Shown here: positions 24,201 through 36,000 of the stretch, piece after piece
Layout of the letters: every line of letters begins with the position of its first letter
How positions within the stretch are numbered: position 1 is the first letter of the stretch
Source of the DNA: Tubiluchus corallicola
Taxonomy: Eukaryota; Animalia; Priapulida
Direction of reading: 5' to 3'
Length of the DNA: 64,000 nt
Assembly: GCA_030141605.1 (NCBI GenBank)
Contig: JAQGDQ010000009.1
Span: 1,302,001 to 1,366,000, forward strand
Position numbers and translations under genes: made by a program
Notes under the pieces: model-generated
Databases searched by the model: none
What the model saw: the letters and a program-made list of their open reading frames with translations, nothing else
Told to the model about the DNA's origin: nothing

Positions 24201-27200
24201 TCGATAATGACTTACGTGAAAGAATTATTACCACAGAAACAATTTCGTGTTCGGGATTCTTCATTGCTACATGCATTTCACTATCTTTTAGTTAAATGGC
24301 CATTAACCTCTGCATTTCAGAAATGTGTTGCACAAAAAAAAAACAGTTGGTTTACCTCTCAGTTCAATGTGTTCAGTTGTGACTGTGCACACACTTGATA
24401 GCTCGGGGGTGAGTGCAGCAGTTAACTTGAAATTTGAATTTTAAACTTTTAATTTGTCGAGTTTTTACATATTACGCTGAATGTTGTACAGTGTAGCACT
24501 ATACTCTAGTTTTCGCTTTCACAAACACGTGCGACACACTTGTGGAATGCTTGTGCTGTTGAAAATCCTGTCATCACTAGCCTTCCTTGCCTGACGTTAA
24601 TTAAATTTTTTAATCTATTAATTAATTATCAGAAATGCTTTGGCATTATTATAGTTGTTAAAATGTATACTTTTACCGTACTTCAAAGTGCCATAGAATA
24701 TGAAAAGTCATCCTGTTTTCCTTTAACATTTCATGCTGTTCATTGAGTTTTCATATAATCAGTAATATGATTTCAGAATCATGTAAGTGCAGCTGCTTAT
24801 GGAAAACTGTTTATTTGTCAAGATGTGTATCTGCTTCAGTCTGCTGATGATTTTCTTAATCCTAGTAAAACTTCAGAACTGATAAGTAAAAAAATTGTAA
24901 CACATTGTTACAAATTGCTGTAAAAGTCATTTTTAACTTGCAGAAGGCTCATTTTTTCATCCGGCTGGTGATTCAGAGACGGAAGAGTCTGCTGCATCAG
25001 GAGTGTCTACACAAAACTCTGTCCAGGCACAAGCACTGCAGGCTACGTATCAGGCAGGGGTATCTGCTGAGCTGAATAAAAAACTCAAAACTTTGGCAGA
25101 AACTAACCAAAGGTGCTTTTGTTTTTTTACTTCTCTGTATTGTTATAAAAATGTGAAGGAACACAAAATTTTTCAGTCATTTTAGTTACTATTTACTTGC
25201 TTTTTTTCTACATTCTGTAATGATATCTTTACATATAATTTTTTTTACAAATATATCTTTTTTATATAAATTCAATCAATTTTAATTTCGTGTCTCTCAT
25301 GACATCTGAAGAACTTTTTATTTAATGTGCATATGGTTTAGTTAACTGTCAGAGGTGAATCTTATTAAACAAAGTTGTGGCTGCTTGAGCCGCTTATTAT
25401 GTAAAGAGATAATCATATCAATGAACTGGTTATTTTATGCTTATAAAATCTTAAAGAATTTTGAAAGTTAATACTTCTATTTTTATGTGAATTTATTTTT
25501 ATTGACATTTTACTGACTATAACTCAGTAAAATATGTAGCCATCAAGATGTAGTTCTGAAAACAAACTGAATTTTTCAGTCTCATGAAGCAGTTAATAGA
25601 AGTTCAGCAACAGTTTCAAGGAGTGCTCACTAGTTATATCAAAGAGAAAGAATTAACAATGTCACTACTAAAGTAAGTTTAGTTGAGTTTTTACTGATTG
25701 CTTACTGAGTTGCTTTTCAAATGCAGTAGTTTCATTGAGATCGTTTTGATATCACCAGCAGTTTCTTGCATGTGTAAAATGCGAATACTAATATTTATCA
25801 GAGACTTCTGAATTGTGCACAAAGCAAAAACATACCTTTGTCAAATTAATGTCAAATTAAGGTGTCTGCTATGCTGTTTTGTATTTATATGCAATTATAT
25901 GTAAAATGATAGTAAGCCTGTTTGAGTTTACATTAGCTTTTGTTGTCCAAATAATGCTATAGAGCATTTTAATTGCTTGTTATATGTAGCGTTCAGCATA
26001 ATATGCCAGACATGGTCGATTCGCCCAAGACTGCTATTCGTGACATTGACGAGAACCTGGTGTCTTGGCTCAAATCACTTGGTTTGGATGTTCAAAGTAT
26101 AAGCAAGGTATAGTGAAGTAAATGAATTGAATGTGATTAGCAAATCAGGTTGCACTTTCTTTTTAAACTGTGTATTTCTTATTGTCGCAATGAAATGCTT
26201 TCAAATACGATGTATAGACGAAATCTGCTTTTAAGACAACCGTACATGCATGGCAAAATTTGATAGTCTTGCAGATGACGGAATCTGTTTGGTAAAAGTG
26301 CCAACCTGGTTATTGCAAAATTAGAAATCACAGATTACAAATTCGTGTGACGGTTATCTGCACTCTGGAAAGAAGTTGTAAAACAAGCTAAAAGTTCTGC
26401 TTTCCACCACTAGGAATATAATACTGGAAATTTAATATGTAGTTACCTGGACCTAGTTTACGTGGGTTGCTAAAATTGCCAAATGTCTTTATTGGTATAC
26501 ATTTACATGTATTTATGTATTTACATGTATTTTTTTATTGAACATTAACACTCATGGTTGATTCTAGGTTGGTGAACTTTTTTAAAATCTTATTGTTTTG
26601 GTTCATTTTCCTTTTTTACGTAACATAAATTTACTCCTTTTATTGCTGTGCCGTGGTTAACAAATTATTTTTCTTCCTGTAGTTTTTAGCTGAAGGCTAT
26701 TCAAAAGAAGATGTCCTAGAGCTAATGACGAGAGAAGATTTAACCAAACTAGGTTTAAAGTAAGTAAATGTTTTATATGTGTGTTTTCCATAATCATAGC
26801 TCATATTAGCAGTAATTTTACTTGCAATAAATAATTCATATTTTAACTGCTGCAGTTTGAAAAAGCAGAAGAACTGTCTGAGATTAAAGCAAATGTTTTG
26901 AACTGGTATGTGTATAACTAGTTAACTCTGAGGAAGTGCATATATTTTAAACAAGATTGTAGATACAGTTTAATTCTTTTCATTTTTTCTTAGGGGCGGT
27001 CATTGTTGTAAAGTGTGGAGAGCGATTCTCGAGTATAGATACCAAGAGCGGTGGCAGGAGAATATCGCGTACAAGGCACCGTCTGGTGGTGGCGGTGATG
27101 GGAAGCGCAATCGCAGTTTGTCCACCGGCTCAGCCATCTCGCATCTTCCACCGAAGGGTAAGTGTACAGAAGCAAGTAGGGTAGTTCCTGGCTTCGATGC

Positions 27201-28009
27201 TTTATTACAAGGGCACGCCGCAAAGAAGCATACAGCAGGTGAATTCAATCATAACTGGAATAATACTTGTTCTTATTTATAAGATTATATAGGTACTGTA
27301 CATGTTGCGAGAATTTAATGTTTAACAGTAATAGTATTAGTTAATAATAAGCTTTTTAATGAAAGTGTATGTATTTATTAATGAATGTATTAATGAAATG
27401 AAGAACGCGTTAATCTTTGCTGGAACATATTATTTGGTTTTATGAAAATTTCTTTTAATGCACTCCACGCAAACTGGTTGGCTGCATCAATAGGTTGGTA
27501 ACATTTAAACAATGCTTGGTTCACTAATTATTGCTTTTGTATAATTTTTAAATGAGCAGGATGTGCTCATTTGCTAGTGCGTGTAGAGATTGCTTGCATT
27601 TTTTTAATGCTGGTCTCTCATTTTATATTTACATCATACTAGTGTTTTACCAATCTTTATGTCAATCATGTATTGGTAGCTTATATCTATTAATGAAAAA
27701 TCGACTAAGCAACATTTGAAAAAGAAACCATTGTGCCTTAATTCACTAAACTACACTGAGGAACTGTTAAAGTAAAACTAGAAAATACAGTTACGTTTAG
27801 CTTTTTAGCAACGCTGCAAGGAAATGAAATAATAAATGCCATTTCTCAGAAAACTATTTCTTAATAATAGTATATTTGTATTTCTTAGTAATTCTTAATG
27901 CAGTGAGCGTAACTGATAAATTTTTTGCCTATGTTATGTTTCAGGTCCCCCTGCTGCTCAGAAATCAGACAGCCCTCAAACGAGAAGGAGAAGTCGGGAG
28001 AAGCCTTAA
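6224..28009 (+). CDS. MAP3K15: ASK-family MAP kinase kinase kinase (ASK1/MAP3K5/MAP3K15-like): N-terminal regulatory/TPR region, PH-like domain, kinase, coiled coil, SAM; about 1296 aa
   Basis: GT-AG exons, phase-consistent: 6224-6415, 6770-6892, 7369-7553, 8727-8895, 9155-9267, 9772-9942, 10692-10804, 11191-11350, 12310-12469, 12879-13057, 14046-14141, 14524-14611, 14828-14961, 16765-16892, 17091-17194, 17811-17949, 18512-18639, 19158-19258, 19376-19444, 19774-19841, 20794-20902, 21995-22145, 22976-23114, 23564-23749, 24944-25112, 25580-25672, 25990-26107, 26683-26759, 26994-27157, 27945-28009. ASK signatures: [127 protein letters not shown] ending [15 protein letters not shown]. Start codon and last exon are less certain than the core; vertebrate paralog assignment is nominal. 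Confidence 0.95.
6963..7239. mobile_element. Tigger/pogo-like MITE, family A copy 1
   Basis: TA|CAGGTAGTCGTTGACTT ... AAGTCGACGACTGCCTG|TA terminal inverted repeats with TA target duplication; homologous to 63421-63646. Confidence 0.8.
11700..11950 (+). mobile_element. Possible decayed RTE-type LINE fragment
   Basis: Fragmentary translation [10 protein letters not shown] followed by ...F..CEWKS resembles the FxYLGS region of RTE ORF2; heavily degenerate. Confidence 0.35.
14969..15455. mobile_element. hAT-like MITE (CAGACCTGCCA terminus), copy 1
   Basis: Begins CAGACCTGCCAG 7 nt after the exon-13 donor; internal block (tgctactaattgtg..gtactgatggca..tgtgaagttgca.aatgt....gaa.tgaaattttat) is shared with 46110-46203; right end degenerate. 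Confidence 0.5.
15522..16494. mobile_element. Tigger/pogo-type non-autonomous DNA transposon with transposase remnant
   Basis: TA|CAGTAGGCG.AACTTAATAGA ... TCTGTTAAGCGGCGCCTACTG|TA; internal [14 protein letters not shown] (ORF 15911-16165) matches the VxxxTIxNCFxxA C-terminal motif of pogo/Tigger DDE transposases. Confidence 0.8.
17396..17732. mobile_element. hAT-like MITE
   Basis: TAGGGGTGAGCATT ... AATGCTCACCCTTA inverted termini with subterminal TCGAAT repeats at both ends. Confidence 0.65.
20041..20058 (+). CDS. Candidate 18-nt alternative microexon of the ASK gene (encodes ECPDVS)
   Basis: Long U-rich tract ending TAATGTGCAG, then AGTGTCCAGATGTCTCAG, then GTAAGT; phase 1-1 and frame-preserving between exons 19774-19841 and 20794-20902. 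Confidence 0.65.
22248..22956 (-). mobile_element. Tigger-like MITE, family B (TIR CAGTAAGTCCTTGCTTAA), copy 1, inverted
   Basis: CAGTAAGAGTCCTTGCTTAA ... TTAAGCGAGGACTTACTG|TA; reverse complement is homologous to the copies at 46614 and 57359. Confidence 0.75.
23874..23937. repeat. Imperfect (GT)n microsatellite
   Basis: Direct inspection. Confidence 0.9.
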
Positions 28010-28413
28010 GCATTTCTACTGCAGAAAAGCAAAATTTATTTAAAAAGTGAATGAATTAAAAAGCCTGGCATACTTTACAATGTCTGTTCCTGCACATTTC
28101 ATATGTCATAGACAACTGAAACTAAACCTGGTGATTGAAACAGTTAGGCCTTTTCTTCCTTGTTGGAAAGGAAGTTCTCTGAAATAGAGTTTATTGCACA
28201 ATAATATCAGTGAAATGCTATTTGAACCATTATAATAAACGAGGCCAAAAAATAAAGTCACTTAATTTATGTAAATATAATGCACAGTACTGTCACTATA
28301 TAATATAATTGTGCACTATTATTGTCCAATTATGTGACTGTAGGTGAAATGATCTGTATAAAGAATATAATATATAAATGCATGCTGTTATTTATAACTC
28401 CCCATATTACATA

Positions 28414-28579
28414 CAGTCAAACCTCATTATACTGCTCTCTCCCCCCGTTATAATGCTAACCTCTCTAAACGGCATTTGCATAAACTTCTGTGTATTAATG
28501 CACCTTGTTATAATGACAAACTTGCTTAATGCCAACGTTTTTGCAGTCTTAAAGTAGGCAGTATAAAGAGGTTTGGTTG
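28414..28579. mobile_element. Small Tc1/pogo-type MITE in the ASK 3' region
   Basis: TA|CAGTCAAACCTCATTATACTGC ... GCAGTATAAAGAGGTTTGGTTG|TA. Confidence 0.75.
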
Positions 28580-29600
28580 TAATCATGTTAAAATAAGTAC
28601 ATTCCTAGATAGAAAATTAGTTACGAACTGTTAATTACAATATAAAAGTAGGATGCATTATAAGAGTTGTCATTAATAATATTGTACAGGTATACGTATA
28701 ACAGCCATATTTATTGCACAATAGTCTTTGTTAAGTTATTAATATTTCTGTTTGTATGTTAGATAGATGATGTGACTGCTTATTGCTTAGGAAACCCAGT
28801 ATGCAGTACCTGGTAATGTTTTTTTTGAAAAAATGTTTCCTAGAATACAATACGTCTATAGAGATTTTTTTCTTAAATCTGTGTTTCATTAACATACATT
28901 TTTGATATTAGGCAATAACACTGATGGGGTGTTAACAACTTGCTTTTATTCATGATCGTATGAAATGTTGTGAATCCACTGCTCATTGTCATTAACATCT
29001 TTAAAAAAATTACTGATGTGAATCAGATTCGATGGGTGAAAATTATGAAATTTTAAAAACAATGTACACTGATTGGACAGACGTAATAAATAAATTTATA
29101 AAATCTAATCATGCCAGTATATTTTTATAGAGTTGGGCAAATTTTTTTCTAGGCTGATGATGAATTGTGATCAGTCAGATACGTTTCACAGTGATACATG
29201 GTTGGTACTGTAGTTTAACATTAATCTGTGGTTCCCGGTAGACAATACGGGTGTTTTTTTTTACAAAGTTCAATTTTTGAAGACTGCATTATTTGAATAA
29301 TAATTTTTACTGCACGTGGTGACTGTGTTTTTGCTTTGTGTTGTTAACAGCTATGTGTTATGAAGATCCTTGCATTATTACATTGAAATTTTTATTAGGC
29401 AGCTATTTATATTCTGTAAGCTGTACTAAAATTATAGTGGAGTATGGATGCCTGTTTGATAGCAACAGAAAATTCCTTGTGTGTAATTAATTCATTATTC
29501 ACATTATTCAGTCAGTTTGAGCTTCATAAATACAGAGAAATTAGATTCCCTTTATAGATGTCTATAGATATACTATGGTGCTACTTTTCTATTTAATCTT

Positions 29601-30241
29601 GGGCATTCAGTCTAGTGACAGTAAATTCGCTAGTAACATGCTTGCAAGTGTGAACTGCTTTGCAAGTTACTGTTGGCAAGTTATTATTGCAAATTCTCAG
29701 ATGATTTTCTGCGAGCTGCTGTCTAATGTACATGCTCTCAATACTTCTCGCAGTAAATAGAGAATTGAATGTCAGTTTGTGCCTACTGTTGGAAAGTAAC
29801 TCGAGTGAATAGAGAATTGAATGTCAGTTTGAGTTTACTGTCGGAGAGTAACTCGAGTGAATAGAGAATTGAATGTCAGTTTGTGTTTACTGTCGGAGAG
29901 TAACTCGAGTGAAGAGAGAATTGAATGTCAGTTTATGCTTACTGTCGGAGAGCAACTCGAGTGAATAGAGAATTGAATGTCAGTTTGTGTTTACTGTCGG
30001 AGAGTAACGCGAGTGAATAGAGAATTGAATGTCAGTTTGTGTTTACTGTCGGAGAGTAACTCGAATGAATAGAGAATTGAATGTCAGTTTGTGTTTACTG
30101 TCGGAGAGTAACTCGAATGAATAGAGAATTGAATGTCAGTTTGTGCTTACTCTTGGAGAGTAGCTCGCAGCACGTTTTGCTCTCTAGTCTGAACACACTT
30201 GCAAGTTACTTGGCGAAAAGACTCGCTAGTCTGAATGCACC
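29601..30241. mobile_element. TIR-bounded element (PIF/Harbinger-like termini) carrying an internal minisatellite
   Basis: Left GGGCATTCAGTCTAG...CTTGCAAGTGTG and right CACACTTGCAAG...CTAGTCTGAATGCACC form about 50-bp imperfect inverted repeats. No clean TSD, so the superfamily is tentative. Confidence 0.65.
29755..30170. repeat. 52-bp minisatellite, 8 copies
   Basis: Unit GAATAGAGAATTGAATGTCAGTTTGTGTTTACTGTCGGAGAGTAACTCGAGT starting at 29755, 29807, 29859, 29911, 29963, 30015, 30067 and 30119, with few substitutions. Confidence 0.95.
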
Positions 30242-31238
30242 ATTATGTTTTTTTATGTGATATGTTTGTTATGTTAATTGTTGGTGGTCATCTAATTAAT
30301 TTGAACAATGACAAAAAATTTATTTTTTCAAGCTACTATTGTTCTAGAACGTTCATTATAATAATAATTGTTTCCTGTTCCATTATTTGGATTTACTAAC
30401 ACAAACGAAAGGAAATTGCACTGTTATTATAACATTTGTTGTCTATATTTTGTATGGATTTTTTTTATATTTCTTACAATAGCTGTGAATTTGTAAGCAT
30501 GTTGTTCTTTTTGAAAATGATGGTCATGTCATAATTCAATGTTAGGAAATGTAGCTAAGTCAAATTTTTTTTTGGAAATTTTAGAGAACTTTTAAAACAA
30601 TTTGTAAAAATTGGCACCGGTGTTATGCAGCTGTACTGATCGTGGTTAGTTACTATTTTCTTATATCACGTTATTGTTAGTTTTGATAAATTATAAATTT
30701 GATTTCGTCTAAGCATTGTAATTAATTCTGTACTTCACTAGGTACGTTGTTATATTTAATAGTGTATACAGGCATCTGTTTTGTTGTAAGCAATATGCCA
30801 AATTTTCATAAGCTCATATTTCCTTGTTATGTAAATATTTACACTTTGTAAAGTAATAAAATTGTTAGAACACAGAATTAATTGTGATTGGTCTTTTTGG
30901 ATGAAATTACATGACACAACCAAAACTTTGCAAGTTGCTTCAAGATGCAGCCCTGGTTCTGAAACAGAAATTATTTCTGTACATAGATTATCGTGGATGT
31001 AGTAATCCACTGAAAGTCTGAAATCTTGTGATAAAAAATGTTGCAAAACAGCTAAATTTGAAAAATCCACTCTTTGTGCAGAACTTAAAAATGAAGTTGC
31101 CCGATTACAAAGCAGGTGTTTCACCAACTGAGCCACTAAAAATGTTTGTATAATGGTTTCAGTTTATGAGAATTGTCCATTAAAAGAGTTTGAGCCACTT
31201 TTTTGAAGGAAACTTAAAAGTTGGTAGTAAATCTATTA

Positions 31239-31798
31239 TATAGGTTTTACACGTCAAATGTAGACACAGGAAAGTTCAAATGTGACTTAGGTAAGTCAAA
31301 TGTAGACATAGGAATTTCGGATGTGTTTTGGTAACTCAAATGTGACTTAAGTAAGTCAAATGTAGACATAGGAATTTTGAATGTGTTTTGGTAACTCAAA
31401 TGTGACTTAGGTAAGTCAAATGTAGATGCGGTACTTTGAATAAAACGGTAATTAAGTTATTTAAGTGCAAATTAGAAAAAGATAAACCAAAGATAGTGCA
31501 TCTATTAGGCCTATAACGTTGTTATTTTAACTTAAGAGCAATTATTAAATTGAAATTAAAGAAGATTAAATTTAACATCCTTAAACTTTACCACATATCC
31601 ACATTTCAGATAACAATGTCACATTTGACTTGACATGTGTCTACATTTGACTTACCAAAAGCACTTAAGATTTCTTGAAAACCATTGTTAACACATTTGA
31701 ACTACCAAAGTATACATTTGAGTTACCAAGACACATTTGAATTACCTAAATCTACATTTGAGTTAACGTAGGTCTACATTTGACTTGTAAAACCTATA
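31239..31798. mobile_element. Foldback-like MITE with modular subterminal repeats
   Basis: 27-nt inverted termini TATAGGTTTTACA(C/A)GTCAAATGTAGAC with 1 mismatch; about 20-nt TCAAATGT(G/A)GAC modules are tandemly repeated on the left arm and inverted (ACATTTGA) on the right arm around an AT-rich core. Confidence 0.8.
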
Positions 31799-33027
31799 CA
31801 AGTATATAAAAAAGTACAGTATGATAGTGATTTCTGAAATAAAAAGACTGCATTGAAGTCCAGGCATTCCTGCTGCTATACCTCATGGCCTACCTATGAA
31901 GTAATATTACCTATTATAGCCACAGAAACAGCACTTCTCTGTTAACCACAATATTTTTGGCAATTACTGTTACAATGCAATTTGGTTTCAAAATATAAAG
32001 CGGATTCTGATCAGTAACTCTATGCCAGTCAGCTAAAATTCACCACATCTTCATCACTTGTCTTTCTTTCAAATATACCGCTGTTAAGATCCACCGACAG
32101 GTAGGTGTGTGTTCTTGTCCTTCACCTTATTTCAGCAGACTGGGTGGTAAGTATACTTAATCTAGAAGAATTCAGTAATTTACTATTTGCAATTGCAGAT
32201 GTTAGCACAGAATGCATGACATGACTGATGATGAACTAGCTGGCAACTAATTATGTAAACACACTAAATAATAGGTAACATAAAACAATACAATCAAGTA
32301 CATAGAAACAATACTATCAGGTTATTGATCAGTTTTTATTTTGCAGCCAGAAATCAAATTCCATCACAATCTTCACAAACTTAGTCGGAATATACGGCTA
32401 ATAAAGTGCCGTATTACATTAAACATTGCTGCTGCCTATGCAATAGCAATAGTGCTTTACATAACGTATTTACAGTTAATAACAGCACATTATTTATAAC
32501 CAATTAGAATTTAAATATATTTAATAAACAAAAATCAACAAGCTGTAAACAAACTACCTGTTATGGTATAATTTTAAAGTTTGCGTTAACAAGATGGCTT
32601 TTCGTTGCCTAACAGCAGTGATCACAAGAGCAAAAGTACAACTTCAAACTGTTGTCATAGAGAGAAAGAATTGGCTATATGAAATTTGATTTTAACAACA
32701 AGATGCAGGGTACAGGAGGCATTTGTCAATGACTCTGTTTACGTTTGATCACTGATAATATTTAGTACAAATGAACTATTGTACTAAGAACAGCCATTAC
32801 CACACTTCAGCATAGTGCACAATTTTTAACTTAATTTCATGAGAAATGTTCGTGAAAAAAATGAAAAATCGGCCGACATCACATAAACACGTACACAGTC
32901 CTTGTACAGAAATGCACAGCAAGTCAGTGAAAATAACACTGTGACACAACTCACGGTAAAATTTATCCTGCTAAAAGCTAATTAAGCAAACATTCCTGTA
33001 AAAAAAACGGGAGCTAGGACAGACAAG

Positions 33028-36000
33028 TTAGCTGGGATGACATTGCACGGTACCCTCGTGCCTGTCTCCCGCATCATCACCATCATCCATGGAGGTTATC
33101 CGATAACCCATGTTCATTAACATCACTTCTAAGGGATCGGCATTCATTCGTTTTTGATTGTCGCGAGCAGCATCGTGGGAGTTGGCGATCTCTCGTTCGT
33201 TCTTTGCTCCATCCTGAAAATATTCAAACATTATTATCAAAAACACAGCTTTCAAAAGATCAGTCACTTAAGTTTGTACCACCAAATTTCAGCAAATATT
33301 TTATAATCCGTAACAATACATATGGTCTCAAGTAGCAGGTAAGTAAACTGTAAATGGCAGAATAGGTAATGGAGGAATGACCTTGATTTAGCGTTAAACT
33401 CCGAACCTCTGGCTAATAACTCCTTCTATCGCATTTCAACAATTTAGATGCTTAACAAATTCATTTCCCATCGTTTGTATTATATACTGCATACAAGTGA
33501 CCAGTTAAATGAGCCATTCTACAACAGCCAGTTAAAAAATTCAATTCTAATGTAAAAATGAAGTTAAGTAAGCAATAAGACTGTCTTCGACAAAAAAAGC
33601 TAAATTTACAGTAAGACACAGTGAAGTCTGACACTGGAAAATACCTCGGGTCTAGGACTCCACAGTCTAATAACGGGATCAATACCGCTAGTTGCCAAAA
33701 GGCAGTAAGTGGGATGAGGTTGCAAACAGTTTACGATGCTGTCGTCGCCACGCAGAACTCGTACAATGTTAGTTGTCTGCCGATCCCATATAAAGAATGA
33801 ACCGTCATCTGAACCAGCCAATACAAACTGTCCTTTGCTGATTAGAAAATAAAAGGAAAAAAGCAAATGTAACATTCCACACCATAAAATAAATGGAAGT
33901 GGTTTACAAAGTAGGCCAGTAACAAAGAGATTATTCAGTTACTACACTTTTGCCTCTTAAATGACACAAAAAATAATTAATTCAACTGAAATTGAAGCAT
34001 ATGGTTGTAACTGGTTTTATGTACAAATTACTGAGAAAAAACTGCAGAGGTTTGAAACAAAAAGTGGATTCCACTTAAAATATATCCGCACTTGAAATTG
34101 TAAAGTACAATTTCTTTTTTCTAACTTTTCTTTTTCTTTTTTTATATCTGCTAAAAAGGTAACAATTAGGTACATTATTAAAATAGTTAAGTACAAAAAA
34201 GTACAATTATTGCAACTAAAAAATGAATGGACATCATGCTTCCCTTTTTAAATTATTTATAAAGATTAATTCAAACAGAAATAAATTAACAAAAGTAACT
34301 AGCAACTTTAGAAATGTTTATAGTATTTAGCAAGACAACTGAGTAAAATTAGTTATTATTATTATTATTATTATTTTACCAACCTTCCAAAGAAGTTAGC
34401 TTCTTTAATGTCGGTAGTTGTATTGCAGTGACCATAAAATCTTTGTTCATAATCACAAGCTCTTTCTCGCCACACTTTCTCCTGATCAGAGATAAACTGT
34501 TTCCGCTGACTACGTGATGAGTTACCCGTGGGCGACTTACTGCTGTCTCTCGACTCTCTATCATCTGAAATAGAAAAAGCAAATGCTTCTCAATCTTGCC
34601 CACAGAATTGCACAGAATACCGTCAAACATACAAAATCGATAATTGTTTGAGATTGTTTAAGAAAAAATTTCAAAGCATTAAACATGGTTTCATCCAACC
34701 ACAGAAACTACGCACTGAATCATTAAAGAAAGATTATGAACATTTCTCAAGCTTTCTGCTAAAAGAACTTCATTTTTAGAAGAAAAAAACTTGTTCATAA
34801 CATCTGTGTAGACATTCCATAATAGGAGCTTCTAAGAAAGAGGTCTTGTTTTTATGTTTGACTTTGTAGAAAAATGAGGTGCAAGACAGCAGCATTTTTA
34901 CCTTGATCCGTCTTTGAAAAAATGGCTGCTCTTATATCCCTGTCTAAAGCTTCACAAGCATGGCTGGTTGCATAATCTGGAAATTTAGATTTAAATACCT
35001 GCAAAAGCAAACGAAAACTATTTAGCAAATAATGCCTTTAAAAGAATTAACACAGAAAATGTGTTTCAAGATTTTTAGGCAGAGGTGAAGTAAAATAAAG
35101 GTACAGCTAATATGCCGCAAACAGTTCAACAGGTAAAAAATATCTGCTTACATTACATTCATGAAAAATCAAATTGGTATCTGTGTATCCGTGATTACAT
35201 ACCTGTAAACAATCAAGTGCCTCTGAAGTCCACTTTAGTTCAAATAAGCACCTAGCTAACCTGAAATGTGCCTTGATGTGATTAGCATCTAACTTAAGAG
35301 CAGTGGCACAATCTCTTAGTGCTGCATATAAATCTCCATCCCTGAAATCATAAATCACATCAGCATTGATTTGGCATGTGATGCTTTCAAGTCTGTTGTA
35401 AAAGTGAAACTAAATACATGCAACATGACAATACTAAATCAAAATCATACATTTTCTGCATTGTTAATTCATTATTAATTGCACAAGATTGCTTTTTTAG
35501 GTAGTTGAAAATAACACGACCAACGTTGATCCACTGTCATACAAATGTACTCCTTCAGACTTGCCCAATAAGCAATTAAACGTAATTGACAAGTTAAATA
35601 TGGTTATTTATAAATACAGAAAACGTGAAAACACAACACATTGATGTTTAATGAAAAGTGACATCTTGCAAACTTATTTTGCTCCTTATTATTCCTGTAT
35701 TTTCAACATTAACTAACGCAATGACATTTGAAGTTTTATCCAATCTGATTGAAAGCACCCTCACTTGTCTTTTGACTTTCCAACGACTCATATTAACTGC
35801 AATTTCTTATTCTACATTTTATATTCTAAATGACTTTTGGGACCTACGATTGCTTCGAATCGTGTATTTGTGATATCTCAGCATTTACAAGAAGTTTTTG
35901 TTACAATAGAGATTTTATGGGTGGTATTAGTAATTTGGTGTCCCACCCACAACACCTCAAATCAATGTCTGTCCTAAACTATAACTGCTGAAGCACTTAC

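Noticed and set aside
24841-24885. Intronic C/D box snoRNA (TGATGA...CTGA)
   Set aside because: The boxes are under 40 nt apart with no convincing terminal stem or guide.
29755-30170. CRISPR-like array
   Set aside because: Units are contiguous near-identical 52-mers with no unique spacers, there are no cas genes, and the context is eukaryotic.
32970-33030. Stop-codon readthrough of WDTC1
   Set aside because: The stop is TAA rather than leaky TGA-C, and the protein ends in VQCHPS like its orthologs.
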